A stretch of DNA of 50,393 bases from a virus (IMGVR_UViG_3300023443_001574:1-50393); one strand, 5' to 3'. Numbered from the stretch's first letter, positions 26,642 to 36,591 are shown. Numbers and translations: made by a program. The notes: generated by a model not told the origin, from the letters alone.

Positions 26642-26778
26642 GCATATTTTGGGAAGAAGAAGTAAATATGTCTACTACATGCCGAAATGGCTCTCATCAG
26701 AACTTTAAACGTGGCTGTCAAGGCAGCTTCAATAAAAGTGGCCATCGAGTTCCATGTGAATGTAATTGCCATGGCTAA
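26638..26778 (+). CDS. Cys/His microprotein (46 aa)
   Basis: C....H......C...CECNCH. Confidence 0.55.
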   Translation: MSIFWEEEVNMSTTCRNGSHQNFKRGCQGSFNKSGHRVPCECNCHG

Positions 26779-26887
26779 ACTATACAAGTGTCCATTCTGC
26801 TCAACTCTCGCTCCAATTGAAATGCTCAAAGGACACATCAGAGTAGCACATCAATGGTGGATAGAACAGCTACAAATAGGAATTTAA
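26771..26887 (+). CDS. C2H2 microprotein (38 aa)
   Basis: YKCPFC...HIRVAH. Confidence 0.6.
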   Translation: MAKLYKCPFCSTLAPIEMLKGHIRVAHQWWIEQLQIGI

Positions 26888-26891
26888 AATT

Positions 26892-27005
26892 ATGAAGTGG
26901 TATACAACAAGAAGCTGGTGTAAATCTTGTGGAGAATGGAGAGGGAAAGGTTTACACTGTCCAGTCTGTGGCCTTAGAATGAGAAACAGTGGACGGCAAC
27001 ACTAA
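26892..27005 (+). CDS. Zn-ribbon microprotein (37 aa)
   Basis: CKSC...CPVC. Confidence 0.6.
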   Translation: MKWYTTRSWCKSCGEWRGKGLHCPVCGLRMRNSGRQH

Positions 27006-27118
27006 TGACTGAAGCAGATTGTGACTGTGACATAGAACACATCAATGATGAACTAGGCACAGTATGCATCAAACAAAATTGTAAGTGCCAAGACACTGAT
27101 TGCTGGTGGCATCAATAG
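27005..27118 (+). CDS. Cys-rich microprotein (37 aa)
   Basis: CDC..H...C....CKC....C..H; TAATG overlap. Confidence 0.5.
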   Translation: MTEADCDCDIEHINDELGTVCIKQNCKCQDTDCWWHQ

Positions 27119-27176
27119 AATAGTTCCATCTAATACAGTTCTTTTACGACAATCTGTCGTATCTGAGGAATAGATA

Positions 27177-27602
27177 ATGCCTCTAAACCCAACAGAAATT
27201 TTAGTTGTACTTACAAAAACAATGCGTTATTCTGAGAAAGAAGCGCTGAAGAAACTCAAAGAGAAAGGTCATGAGATGAGACGAGATGAATATTACAAAA
27301 TTCTAGCCCGAGTAACTAGCCAAACTAAGGAACGACTTTATGAAATCTGCAAAAACATGAAGGAACGCCACATTGATCGCATTAATGATGTGGAGATGAT
27401 ACGAGGACAACTTGTAGATTTATTGAAAGAGCCTGGAGTAACGAGAATAGAAAGACTCAAAGCTTTGCATGAACTCAGAGAATTACAACCATACATCTCT
27501 GCGTATGATGAAGCAGCACAAGGCGTCCTAGAAGATTCTGTAAGAGTATTTGGTGAGGAAGAACATGTTGATGTTTCCAGCTTATTTGTAGAGAAGAAGT
27601 GA
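27177..27602 (+). CDS. Putative terminase small subunit
   Basis: 141-aa helical protein immediately upstream of TerL. Confidence 0.55.
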   Translation: MPLNPTEILVVLTKTMRYSEKEALKKLKEKGHEMRRDEYYKILARVTSQTKERLYEICKNMKERHIDRINDVEMIRGQLVDLLKEPGVTRIERLKALHELRELQPYISAYDEAAQGVLEDSVRVFGEEEHVDVSSLFVEKK

Positions 27603-27603
27603 C

Positions 27604-29430
27604 ATGGGAGTCACTAAAAAAGTCATAGTTAGACCCCATCACCAGGCTCAGGAAGATAGAAAAAGAAAAGCTGATGCAATTGTAAAGAAGCAGTTAGACT
27701 TTCATTCTGATAAAGAAATTGTTGAAGAGCTTCCCTTACTTCCAATTGATAGAATGCAATGGGAATTGCATTGCAGACCATTCATCAAGGGAAAAAGAAA
27801 CAGGCTTCCATTCTTGCCAATGATAAGAGAAGCTATCCTGGACCCTCATCCATTCAAGCAGTATCTGTGGGGAAGACAATGGGGAAAGACAACTGGATTA
27901 GCTTCAGAGCTTGCACATGCAGCAAGTACTATCAACGATTACGATCAGACTTATGTTAATTTCAAATTAGATAACTTGAGAACATTCTCTGAAAACAAAT
28001 TCCGTCAAGATGTATTTGGCCAAGAACCATTAGCGACTTACGTATCAGGAATCTCAAAGCTTGGTGCAATGAATAGAATAGTAATGAAGACACGTTCCAT
28101 CATAGACATTTTACTTCCTGGTGAGGAATGGTCCAATCTCCTAGGAAAGTCCAATGAAAGAATTGTAGTTGATGAAGGCCAGGATATTGATTGGACTGGA
28201 TTCTTCAATGCAAGAGAAACACAAGCTGACACCATGGGAGATTTGATTATTGCAGGAGTTGGAGGATATACCGACACAGAATATCATAGATCTTGGCTTA
28301 GCACAAATCAGATGGAATGGGAATTCAAACACGGTGAACCGTACAAAGGATATGAGAACATGTCCTGGAGACGAGAAATGGAAGAACGATGCTTTGACAG
28401 TCACGGCCTTGTGTATGATGAAGAACTAGAACGAGTACTTGATGGCAAGTGGGTTCCACGAGCTCCAAAACATTATTCACGCCACGGATATTATTTGCCT
28501 CAAACATACAATCCAAGAATTCCATTAACCATCAAAGATGCAGAACAGCTCTACCATGTATCACCGGAATGGTCCATTGAGTGGAAACAAAAGAACCCTG
28601 ATATCTCCACTATAGATTTCAGAAGAAACGTGATGGCCGAGTTTGTAGAAGGTGAACTCAAACCAATTACCACAAAGATGATGCTCGATTTATTTGACAA
28701 AACCGTTGGACTGACAAGAGCAGAAGATGTAGATCACTATGCTGGCAAAATCTACATTGGAATTGATTGGGGGGGAGGAGGAAAGACCATCATCTGGATT
28801 TGGCAATGCCTTGATGACAATGCTCCAATCTTCAAGCTGCTATGGGTTGAAAGAGTTGAGACAGATGATATCAAGGAGCAAATCAGAATCTGTGAAGAAC
28901 TCATTGATGCATACGAAGGATACCAGATTGTGATTGATGCAGGAGGAGGATCAGCTCAAGTGCAATCTTTACAAAGTCGTTATGCAAGACGCTGTATCAG
29001 AAACTCATATCATGTAAGGCCAGAACGTCCACTGCCAACAGTCCTGGAGAAGCCAAGACTCAACAGGGAAATGCGATATGTGATTGACAGAACTTTTTCA
29101 ATTGATAGAATCATTGATTTGATAAGGCATCCATATCAACACGGAGATTTCATATCTAGCAGAATAATTCTTCCAGGAAAAGACTATGATGATGTCAAAT
29201 GGATAGTCCGTCAGTTTGTTGCACTTGAAGGAGAAAAACACATGCTAAAATCAACTGGCCAGACATACATCAAATACATTCACAAGGATACTGAGCCAGA
29301 TGATGCACTACAAGCTTGCAACTATTCTTTCATAGCCTGGGACATCAACCATGGAGGACGCAAAGTAGAATTCATGCAGCTTCAACCAAAAGATCCATTT
29401 GGTGATGGATACACAACTAGTCCACTTTAA
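27604..29430 (+). CDS. terL: Terminase large subunit
   Basis: Walker A GRQWGKT, Walker B VVDE, RNase H-fold GIDWG, VID, DDALQA. Confidence 0.92.
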   Translation: MGVTKKVIVRPHHQAQEDRKRKADAIVKKQLDFHSDKEIVEELPLLPIDRMQWELHCRPFIKGKRNRLPFLPMIREAILDPHPFKQYLWGRQWGKTTGLASELAHAASTINDYDQTYVNFKLDNLRTFSENKFRQDVFGQEPLATYVSGISKLGAMNRIVMKTRSIIDILLPGEEWSNLLGKSNERIVVDEGQDIDWTGFFNARETQADTMGDLIIAGVGGYTDTEYHRSWLSTNQMEWEFKHGEPYKGYENMSWRREMEERCFDSHGLVYDEELERVLDGKWVPRAPKHYSRHGYYLPQTYNPRIPLTIKDAEQLYHVSPEWSIEWKQKNPDISTIDFRRNVMAEFVEGELKPITTKMMLDLFDKTVGLTRAEDVDHYAGKIYIGIDWGGGGKTIIWIWQCLDDNAPIFKLLWVERVETDDIKEQIRICEELIDAYEGYQIVIDAGGGSAQVQSLQSRYARRCIRNSYHVRPERPLPTVLEKPRLNREMRYVIDRTFSIDRIIDLIRHPYQHGDFISSRIILPGKDYDDVKWIVRQFVALEGEKHMLKSTGQTYIKYIHKDTEPDDALQACNYSFIAWDINHGGRKVEFMQLQPKDPFGDGYTTSPL

Positions 29431-29454
29431 GTAATTTGTAAAATTGGATTTGCT

Positions 29455-29643
29455 ATGGAATTAACAGAAGATGAAATCAAAAAGATGAAAGTTGACTATG
29501 TTCATGATTTATTGAAAATCATTGAAAGGCAAGATTTCCAGGTTTATGCAGTCAAGCTAGCACGACTCCAGGAGACTGATAGAAAATTCAAAGCAGGAGG
29601 TCTCAGAACTGTCATCACTATTTCAACTGAGCCTGTAAAATGA
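29455..29643 (+). CDS. Hypothetical protein
   Basis: 62-aa ORF. Confidence 0.5.
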   Translation: MELTEDEIKKMKVDYVHDLLKIIERQDFQVYAVKLARLQETDRKFKAGGLRTVITISTEPVK

Positions 29644-29771
29644 GATGTCAAAAAAATTCATGCTGTATATTATCAAATAATCATAAAGGCCAACATGTAG
29701 GAAAAGGAACCAGGAACGAAGATTGTGATTGCCAGCATAATGCATCCAAGAGAATGAAGCAGTACGACTAA
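29640..29771 (+). CDS. Cys/His microprotein (43 aa)
   Basis: C....CC...H...H...CDC.H; ATGA overlap. Confidence 0.4.
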   Translation: MRCQKNSCCILSNNHKGQHVGKGTRNEDCDCQHNASKRMKQYD

Positions 29772-29807
29772 TTCCTTTAATTTAGAATTTTCATGAAATA
29801 GTTATCA

Positions 29808-30230
29808 ATGACAGTCAAAACTCTCAAGCGACAATCAACCCCATCAAAAGATGCCACAGTCTATTTTAGTGATCCTGAATTCCAAACCGGAGGAATCACA
29901 ATTGACCAGGATGCATACACTGCAGGTCTGGACAGAGTTTATGATGTGAGAGGATTAAAGAACATGAATATCACAGTCCGAAATACTGGAGGTGCAAACG
30001 GACTCACTTATACAATTGAAGGAAGCAGGAAAAATTTCGTAAACGTTTCCACATTGATTGATGCGGACTTTGACAATATAATTAAGGCCGACACCAATGT
30101 TGCTTTTGGGGCATTTGATACCAACAATATTGTTGACATTTCACCGGAAACATCTTCAATCAGATTAAGAGTCAAACGACAAATCACTGTGCTTGATACA
30201 ACATTAGCCGGAGAAGCTCAGGCAAATTAG
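29808..30230 (+). CDS. Putative beta-sandwich virion protein
   Basis: Beta-rich, late-motif promoter, adjacent to the collagen gene. Confidence 0.5.
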   Translation: MTVKTLKRQSTPSKDATVYFSDPEFQTGGITIDQDAYTAGLDRVYDVRGLKNMNITVRNTGGANGLTYTIEGSRKNFVNVSTLIDADFDNIIKADTNVAFGAFDTNNIVDISPETSSIRLRVKRQITVLDTTLAGEAQAN

Positions 30231-30239
30231 GTGATTGTT

Positions 30240-30854
30240 ATGGGTAAAACCAGAATAGATACTCCTGGAAGTGGAGGAGCTACAGGTCCAGCAGGAGCTG
30301 ACGGAGCTGATGGAGCACAAGGTCCAACAGGAACTACAGGTTCACAAGGAGATCAAGGTATTCAAGGTACACCAGGTACTATAGGAGCTACAGGTCTAGT
30401 AGGTCCACAAGGTCCAGCAGGAGATGATTCAACAGTTCCAGGTCCTCAAGGACTACAAGGTCCAGCAGGTGCGGGTGATATTTCTGATGTTCTTTATGAT
30501 TCTACTTACAGAAACGGTGGAAATCTGACCATTGTAAGTGCAGGAACCAACACATTCGGGGCATGGGTTGAATATTCGGCAGATATTGGCACAGGTAAAA
30601 AATTAATTGGCCTTGTTTACATATCCGTCCTCGGCGTGTTGGGTACATCTGTAGAAATTGAAATAGGTGAGGGTGCAGTTTCATCTGAAGTTGCAATATC
30701 TAGAATTAATAGTGTGGGTCTAGTAGAGGAAACTCGAACACATTTTCCATTAAATAGAACTATAACAGATAGTTCAAGGGTATCTCTGAGAGTAAGAGAT
30801 AATATTGGACAAGCAAAAAGTTATCATGTAGTAATATTGGTAGCACCTGCATAA
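30240..30854 (+). CDS. Collagen-like (Gly-X-Y) fibre protein with globular C-terminus
   Basis: [18 protein letters not shown]... about 20 triplets; SD AGGTGA before ATG 30240. Confidence 0.85.
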   Translation: MGKTRIDTPGSGGATGPAGADGADGAQGPTGTTGSQGDQGIQGTPGTIGATGLVGPQGPAGDDSTVPGPQGLQGPAGAGDISDVLYDSTYRNGGNLTIVSAGTNTFGAWVEYSADIGTGKKLIGLVYISVLGVLGTSVEIEIGEGAVSSEVAISRINSVGLVEETRTHFPLNRTITDSSRVSLRVRDNIGQAKSYHVVILVAPA

Positions 30855-30897
30855 TCTCAAATTACTTCCTAATATGAGCTAGCTCGCTCAGTGTTGC

Positions 30898-32859
30898 GTG
30901 AAGGCCAAGCTACAAAAGAAAGTTCTTAGATCTATCAAAGCCGGATTAACCGATGCAGAAATTTCAAAAGCACTAAAAGTTTCTCGTAGTTCAGTATGGC
31001 GAATTAGGTCCAATCTCAAAAACAATCCAATCCTGGACGGAACCGTACTCACTGAAAAAGAACGCAAGGCATATGATGAATACAAAGCAGAACAGAAAAG
31101 AACTGAGATAAAACGTCCATGGTGGACCAAAATATTTACATTAAGAAGAAGTCTGGCTGATGGTCCTCTAGGTGATTATGGCGAGCCTGGATTAATGGAA
31201 GCAACTCAGCATCATCAAAATTTTCTCAACAATTACACTCCGCAATACAATGTTCAACCAATTGAAGTGAAGCTTGACAAAAAGAAAATAGTAGACCAAT
31301 CCCCATATGTAGCCCGGTCCAGGAAAAGCGGTCAAGTTATTTTTCCTAAATTTTTCATGAATCCATACCAGGCATTAGATTATATCGTACTCCAGGATAT
31401 CTGGATGCACACCATATGCGGAACCATCATTGACGTCCTAACTGCATTCACAATGGGTAAAGGAATCCATCCAGTACTCAAGCTAAATGATGAAGATAAG
31501 GTTGAGATTAAAAAAATCAAAGAAACAAAAACTGTTTCAAAAGCTCCAGAGAAAGGACCAGGAGAAGTCGAGAAAGAAAAACCAGAACAGAAACAAGGAC
31601 AAGAGGAACCAGAACCTGAACCTGAAGCAGAAGACTCTCCAACAATGGAAGAAGTTGAGAGAGATGAAAGCAAGGAAGAAGCAATTGCCAGGGTCCTAGA
31701 TGAAAACAAAAAGCTCCTGGAACCATTGACTGCAATTGATGAATCATTCTCTGACCCACTTGGCGAAGACCCAATGATGGATGAAAGTTTCGACAGCAAG
31801 GTAACAGCTCTCGTGAGGAACCACTGGATTTATGGACGTGATTTGATGACAAAGGAATACTTCACGGAAAGAACTTTCAAGTGGGACGGCAAAAGCTTCC
31901 CTGCCATTCCAAATGTCCTCAAGGTATTACATCCAAGAGACATAGGCTTTGTGCAAATAGATCAGCCAACTCTCAAACTCAAAGGAACATCGTTGATGTT
32001 TTCAACTGACATCATATTAGCTGCTGACATGATTTACATGGAACATAATCCAAGCTCTCCAATCTACAACGGCAAGTTCTATGGTTATTCTAAGATGCAC
32101 AGAATGATTGGCCATGGTCGGGCTTTAAGAAAATTAATTGATAGAGACTTTCCAAACGTGGCCAGCATAGGATATGCAGGATTTTCAATTATCGCATTTA
32201 GAGAAGATAGCAAAGGCACTCCAGCAGAAGTGAGTCAGAATGAAACTTTTGTCAATACAATGACAGTTGGTTCTCCAAATGCTACGACTTTGAAAGATCC
32301 AGAACATGACATGAAGGTCCACAATGTAGACACTGACCCAAAAATTTCAGAGATGATTGAGATGGCCCACTTCCATGCAGAAGCTGCAGCAAAGTCCGCA
32401 GAGGTTCCAACTACTCTAATCTCCAAGGAGAAAGATCCTAACAGAGACACATTACTTGGTGTCTTACGTATCTTCAATGAGAACGTGATCCGCAGGGAAC
32501 GAATCAAGATTGGCAAAGTGTTCCAAATGCAGTGGTATATGCCAAACTGGAGAATCATCTACAAAGATCAAACAAAAATCCTGGAACAATTCCACGTTGA
32601 ATCTGAGTTTGATGACTTTAAACTAGAAGCCTGGGATGACTTGGTTGCAGGAGTTGTGGAATTATCAAAGCTCAATCCACTCAGAGCAGAAGCAATTGGA
32701 GACTTGTTAGGAATTGAGAACTATGAAACCAAAATTGATCCTGAAGGCAAAGCAATTGACCAGGAGATTGAACTTGGTGATGGCGCAAAGATTACAAAAT
32801 CAGCTCTTCCATCAAAGAAGAACAAATCAAGCCAGCCTCCAGTGTCAACCAAACTCTAA
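30898..32859 (+). CDS. Portal protein with N-terminal HTH and acidic insertion
   Basis: Size and position between terL and the protease; portal-like IYG and YGYS motifs; HTH GLTDAEISKALKVSRSSVWRIR. Confidence 0.7.
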   Translation: MKAKLQKKVLRSIKAGLTDAEISKALKVSRSSVWRIRSNLKNNPILDGTVLTEKERKAYDEYKAEQKRTEIKRPWWTKIFTLRRSLADGPLGDYGEPGLMEATQHHQNFLNNYTPQYNVQPIEVKLDKKKIVDQSPYVARSRKSGQVIFPKFFMNPYQALDYIVLQDIWMHTICGTIIDVLTAFTMGKGIHPVLKLNDEDKVEIKKIKETKTVSKAPEKGPGEVEKEKPEQKQGQEEPEPEPEAEDSPTMEEVERDESKEEAIARVLDENKKLLEPLTAIDESFSDPLGEDPMMDESFDSKVTALVRNHWIYGRDLMTKEYFTERTFKWDGKSFPAIPNVLKVLHPRDIGFVQIDQPTLKLKGTSLMFSTDIILAADMIYMEHNPSSPIYNGKFYGYSKMHRMIGHGRALRKLIDRDFPNVASIGYAGFSIIAFREDSKGTPAEVSQNETFVNTMTVGSPNATTLKDPEHDMKVHNVDTDPKISEMIEMAHFHAEAAAKSAEVPTTLISKEKDPNRDTLLGVLRIFNENVIRRERIKIGKVFQMQWYMPNWRIIYKDQTKILEQFHVESEFDDFKLEAWDDLVAGVVELSKLNPLRAEAIGDLLGIENYETKIDPEGKAIDQEIELGDGAKITKSALPSKKNKSSQPPVSTKL

Positions 32860-32899
32860 ACCAGTTCTATTATATCTCAACTTTCTGGAAATAATATTC

Positions 32900-33214
32900 A
32901 TGAATGAACAAGAATTGAAAGCAGCAGAAAAAGCTCTAAAAGAAAAAACTGAAGCTCAGGAAAAAGACTTTGCAGCTAAAAAGGAAGATTTTGAGAAACA
33001 TCTTAAAGCAAAAGAAAAAGAATTTGCAGAGAGAGTGAAAGCTAACGAAGACGACTTCCAGGAGAAACTTGAGAAGACTCATGCAGAGCTTGAGAAAGAA
33101 TTTGAAAATGCCAGTAAAGGAATAGCACGTCCAACAAAAAGCACTTACCGAGATTCCAAATTTTGGAAAACTGAGGAAGGCATCAAAATCAAAGCAAGAC
33201 AAGCAAAGAAGTAA
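32900..33214 (+). CDS. Coiled-coil E/K-rich protein
   Basis: ATG 32900 follows a late motif; 11-aa periodicity (KEKEFAERVKA-like). Confidence 0.6.
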   Translation: MNEQELKAAEKALKEKTEAQEKDFAAKKEDFEKHLKAKEKEFAERVKANEDDFQEKLEKTHAELEKEFENASKGIARPTKSTYRDSKFWKTEEGIKIKARQAKK

Positions 33215-33250
33215 ACAGTTCTCAAATCAGAGAATTAGTTCCTTATTTTT

Positions 33251-34708
33251 ATGCAATGTAAATTAATGCAGCCTGTCTTCATGGCTGCCAGTGAAATCAC
33301 ATTCACTGAAACAGATGAAGGATTTTTTGTTGAAGGGTTTCTAATTTCAGATAAGATTAATGCAAATGGCTGGATGGTCACAAGAGAGGCTAATCAAAAA
33401 GATGGCCATGAATGGAAAGGAAGACCAGATATTTTTTTCATCAAGGATGGAAGACTTGATCATACTACTGGTAATTCGTTTGAAGCATCCATGGAAGCCC
33501 AAGAACCATTCCGCAAGGGAACCATGCAAAAAATTCTTGGTCTAGATATTGGAAGAAGACTGACCTCAATCTCCAAAATTGAAGACCCAGATATTATTCG
33601 AAGAATCAAAAACAAAGAAATCAAGTGGACGAGTCCTGCAGTTTTTCCAAGAAGCCTGGAAGATGTGGAGATAGTACCAACTGGTCCAAACTCTCACATT
33701 CACATTTTACATCGTTATCGTCCACTCCATCGAGCCTTTGTTGACGAGCCAGCTTATGGCAGAGGAGAGACACAACTAGGTCTTACATGCGAGGGAAACA
33801 GCAAGGAGTGTCTGGTAAAATTGGAACAACTGAAAGCTGGCATCGGTGATGATGAAGTTAATCCACTTAGAACAATTCCTTTGAAAGTTTCCAGATGTTC
33901 TGAAACAAATAATCTAATTGTTGAGCTTAAAGCTGGTGCAGAAGCTGATTGTGTTTCTAGAATTTTGTCTGAAAAGCTTGGTCCAGGAGAAGAACCAACG
34001 GACCAGGATCTGGCGATTGCATTCTCAGAATGTCGGAAACAAAAATCTAGCAAAGCAAACAGTTCTCTTAAACCAGAATCTAGATACGGTAAGCAAATGG
34101 GTAACGAAGAAATCACTAGAAAAGAGATGGATGCACTCAAATCTCAAATGAATGATATCTCTGAAGACGTCAAGAAAGCTCTGAAAGCTCAAACTGAGAC
34201 TGAAGAGGAAAAAGAGAAAGCTCGTAAAGCCCAGGAAGAAGAGGATAAGAAAAACGGTAAGGGAGGCACACAAGACACTCCAGATCCTAGAGCCAAGAGA
34301 GGAAAGCATGGCCAAGACAACGAGACCGAAAAGGAAAAGGAAGCTAGAATAGCCCAGGAAGAAGACGAGGAAAAGAAAGCCCAGGAGGAAGAGGAAAAGA
34401 AAATGACTGCTCGAATCGCATCTGAATTATCTGTTAAAATTCCATTAGTTGAAAAATATGTTGCTGCAAAGACTGCTCAAAAAACACTAGATGAGAAAGC
34501 ATCAACTGAACTTCGAGAAAAAATGCTCAAAGCGTCAGTTGAAGAGATTAAAGAAAAACTTGATGACATTGAAAGTTTTGTTGGCATATCTGAACAATCC
34601 AGTGAATCCAAAATAGGATACATGGGAACTACTGATTTTGTAGCAAATGCCGAACTTGAAAACAAGTCTACTGAAGAATTATTGAAAGAAGCGGAGATTG
34701 ATGTCTGA
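33251..34708 (+). CDS. Prohead protease-scaffold fusion
   Basis: N-terminal domain with VEGFL, LDH, WTSP and HRAFVDEPAY; charged coiled-coil C-terminal half; upstream of the capsid genes. Confidence 0.75.
   Translation: MQCKLMQPVFMAASEITFTETDEGFFVEGFLISDKINANGWMVTREANQKDGHEWKGRPDIFFIKDGRLDHTTGNSFEASMEAQEPFRKGTMQKILGLDIGRRLTSISKIEDPDIIRRIKNKEIKWTSPAVFPRSLEDVEIVPTGPNSHIHILHRYRPLHRAFVDEPAYGRGETQLGLTCEGNSKECLVKLEQLKAGIGDDEVNPLRTIPLKVSRCSETNNLIVELKAGAEADCVSRILSEKLGPGEEPTDQDLAIAFSECRKQKSSKANSSLKPESRYGKQMGNEEITRKEMDALKSQMNDISEDVKKALKAQTETEEEKEKARKAQEEEDKKNGKGGTQDTPDPRAKRGKHGQDNETEKEKEARIAQEEDEEKKAQEEEEKKMTARIASELSVKIPLVEKYVAAKTAQKTLDEKASTELREKMLKASVEEIKEKLDDIESFVGISEQSSESKIGYMGTTDFVANAELENKSTEELLKEAEIDV
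34097..34708 (+). CDS. Nested in-frame scaffold protein (203 aa)
   Basis: In-frame ATG (MGNEE) 34 nt downstream of the late motif AGTTCTCTTAAA. Confidence 0.55.
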   Translation: MGNEEITRKEMDALKSQMNDISEDVKKALKAQTETEEEKEKARKAQEEEDKKNGKGGTQDTPDPRAKRGKHGQDNETEKEKEARIAQEEDEEKKAQEEEEKKMTARIASELSVKIPLVEKYVAAKTAQKTLDEKASTELREKMLKASVEEIKEKLDDIESFVGISEQSSESKIGYMGTTDFVANAELENKSTEELLKEAEIDV

Positions 34709-35208
34709 TGGCAGGCTCTGGTGGACCAGGAAACATTACTCATATTGACAATCTTTATGTCAAGACGGTTGCAGTCAAAACAAATGTCAAGGTTTTACTT
34801 GGCGAATTTTTGATTTTTGAAACAGATGGCTACAGAACTTTAGTAGCTGCTGATTTTTCTGCAGATAATAGATTTTTAAATTTACAAGTTGACAACGTGG
34901 TCCAGGCTGGAGAGGATGCAGACAATCTAACCACAACTGCAGTGAATGACAGAAAACCAGAAGTTGCCGTAATTACAAAAGGCTCTGATTGGGTCACAAA
35001 GATGGCTGTTGGAGTAGAACCAGGAAAGCCAGTTGGAATTACTAGATTAGATGCAAGAACTCCAGTGATCGCTGTTGCAGATGTTGCTAATGCATTACCT
35101 CCAATTCTTGTCGAAGTACTTGGAAGTTACAAACACCAAGAATTTGCTAGATTAGCTGCCGATTCCGTTTTGAATGACGATGGAATAATCTCCACAGGAG
35201 TAGTCTAA
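34708..35208 (+). CDS. Putative capsid decoration/cement protein
   Basis: Position between scaffold and major capsid protein; beta-rich. Confidence 0.55.
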   Translation: MAGSGGPGNITHIDNLYVKTVAVKTNVKVLLGEFLIFETDGYRTLVAADFSADNRFLNLQVDNVVQAGEDADNLTTTAVNDRKPEVAVITKGSDWVTKMAVGVEPGKPVGITRLDARTPVIAVADVANALPPILVEVLGSYKHQEFARLAADSVLNDDGIISTGVV

Positions 35209-35210
35209 TC

Positions 35211-36578
35211 ATGAGCCAACAACTTCAACAACTCCAAGGCATGAAACACGGAGACAAACTAGTCTATTCTCCACGAACTGGAGGAATTTACTATGGCCGT
35301 GGCCACATCTCTGAACTAAACTTTGACAATCCAATGGATTTCTTGGGCATTAGAAAACTTGCTACAATGACAGCAACTCCAATTGAATTCAAAGGCAAAG
35401 TTAGCAATGCTCAAGCAGGCGCTGGAAGGACTATGTGGAAACACACTGATTATGAATTAAAGTATATGGCTGCAGCAAAAAAAGATCTTGCTCAGCAAGT
35501 TGTAAGGAAAAATCTTATTACACGAATCCAGGAGAACGGTTACAATGCAAGTGGCCTGATGGCTGCACAGCAATTGCAGCAAATGGATGCACAAATCGGT
35601 GGTATTGGCCAAGATGAAGTATCCCCTATTCGAGTTATTCCATTAATTAGAAAAATTCTAGGACAGAGACCAAACATCTTCTTTGTCGAGCAAGGATGGA
35701 GTACTGTCAATGTTGAGAAATTAGACGCCAGAGTTCCAGAACAAGACACGAGAACTGGTCAGGTCAAGATGAACCCACTTGAGAAGGTGGACTTTGACAA
35801 ACTCAAGTTTGCTGAAGACAGATTCAACCTAAAGAAAAATACTCATGCAACCTTGCTTCCATCTGAAACAAGCAAGAGAGCTGACTTTAACGTGATGCAA
35901 CTAAACTCTGCTGACGCCATGATATCATTCGCAAGAATGAGAAACGGATTGGCTTTACAAGAACTCTCCAACGCAGATGGAACACTAGTAACTCTAGATG
36001 CTCCAAGTGCAACATTCTCAATCAATGACCCCGATGCAGGAACTGCAGGAGTCTTCCCACATTCTGACTTTAGCATCAAGAAAGAACTCTTGACACAATT
36101 CCAGGACTTTCTAGATGACAACGAAGCAATTGTTGACGTCACTTACTGGAACCCAATTGACTTTGCAAGATACGAGTCAAACTATTTCACTAAAGCATTA
36201 AACCAAGGAATGAACGTAACAGTTTCCGGAGTAGTAACACTACCAGGCATTCCAGATGTAACTGCAATCTTGGATAGACGAGTTCCAAGAGGAATGTTCT
36301 ATGCAGCATCTTCCCAGGCAACTCTCAAAGGTGAAGGACCATTTGAGACAGAATTCTGGAGAGAATACACTAGAGACGCAGATGCATTTGTCATGAGAGA
36401 TTATGTGCAATTCCTAATTCCAAATCCAAAGAGATACACACGCAAGATCCAGATTGATGCAACAGCAGCATCCGGTGACGAGTTTGATACTTCCAAACAG
36501 GATGAAATCATTACTGACGCACAACTAGACACCTACATCAGAGGCGTGGCAGTACTCTTGAACAAGCCAGCAACATAG
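35211..36578 (+). CDS. Major capsid protein (HK97 fold, inferred)
   Basis: 455 aa in the canonical position; WNP and PGIP...DRRVP, with R.Y/F C-terminal patterns. Confidence 0.75.
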   Translation: MSQQLQQLQGMKHGDKLVYSPRTGGIYYGRGHISELNFDNPMDFLGIRKLATMTATPIEFKGKVSNAQAGAGRTMWKHTDYELKYMAAAKKDLAQQVVRKNLITRIQENGYNASGLMAAQQLQQMDAQIGGIGQDEVSPIRVIPLIRKILGQRPNIFFVEQGWSTVNVEKLDARVPEQDTRTGQVKMNPLEKVDFDKLKFAEDRFNLKKNTHATLLPSETSKRADFNVMQLNSADAMISFARMRNGLALQELSNADGTLVTLDAPSATFSINDPDAGTAGVFPHSDFSIKKELLTQFQDFLDDNEAIVDVTYWNPIDFARYESNYFTKALNQGMNVTVSGVVTLPGIPDVTAILDRRVPRGMFYAASSQATLKGEGPFETEFWREYTRDADAFVMRDYVQFLIPNPKRYTRKIQIDATAASGDEFDTSKQDEIITDAQLDTYIRGVAVLLNKPAT

Positions 36579-36591
36579 AACTAATTTCCGC

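Noticed and set aside
26621-26686. Selenocysteine or pseudogene reading of CEI-TGA, and ORF-track 26687 start
   Set aside because: The TGA is an ordinary ATGA overlap with a better Cys/His ORF (26638-26778); the C2H2 gene more plausibly starts at 26771.
16359-29430. Inteins or introns in MCM or terminase
   Set aside because: Lengths are normal, and no intein junction motifs or LAGLIDADG blocks were seen.
32714-32899. N-terminal extension of ORF 32714..33214
   Set aside because: It overlaps the portal gene; ATG 32900 has the late motif at the standard distance.
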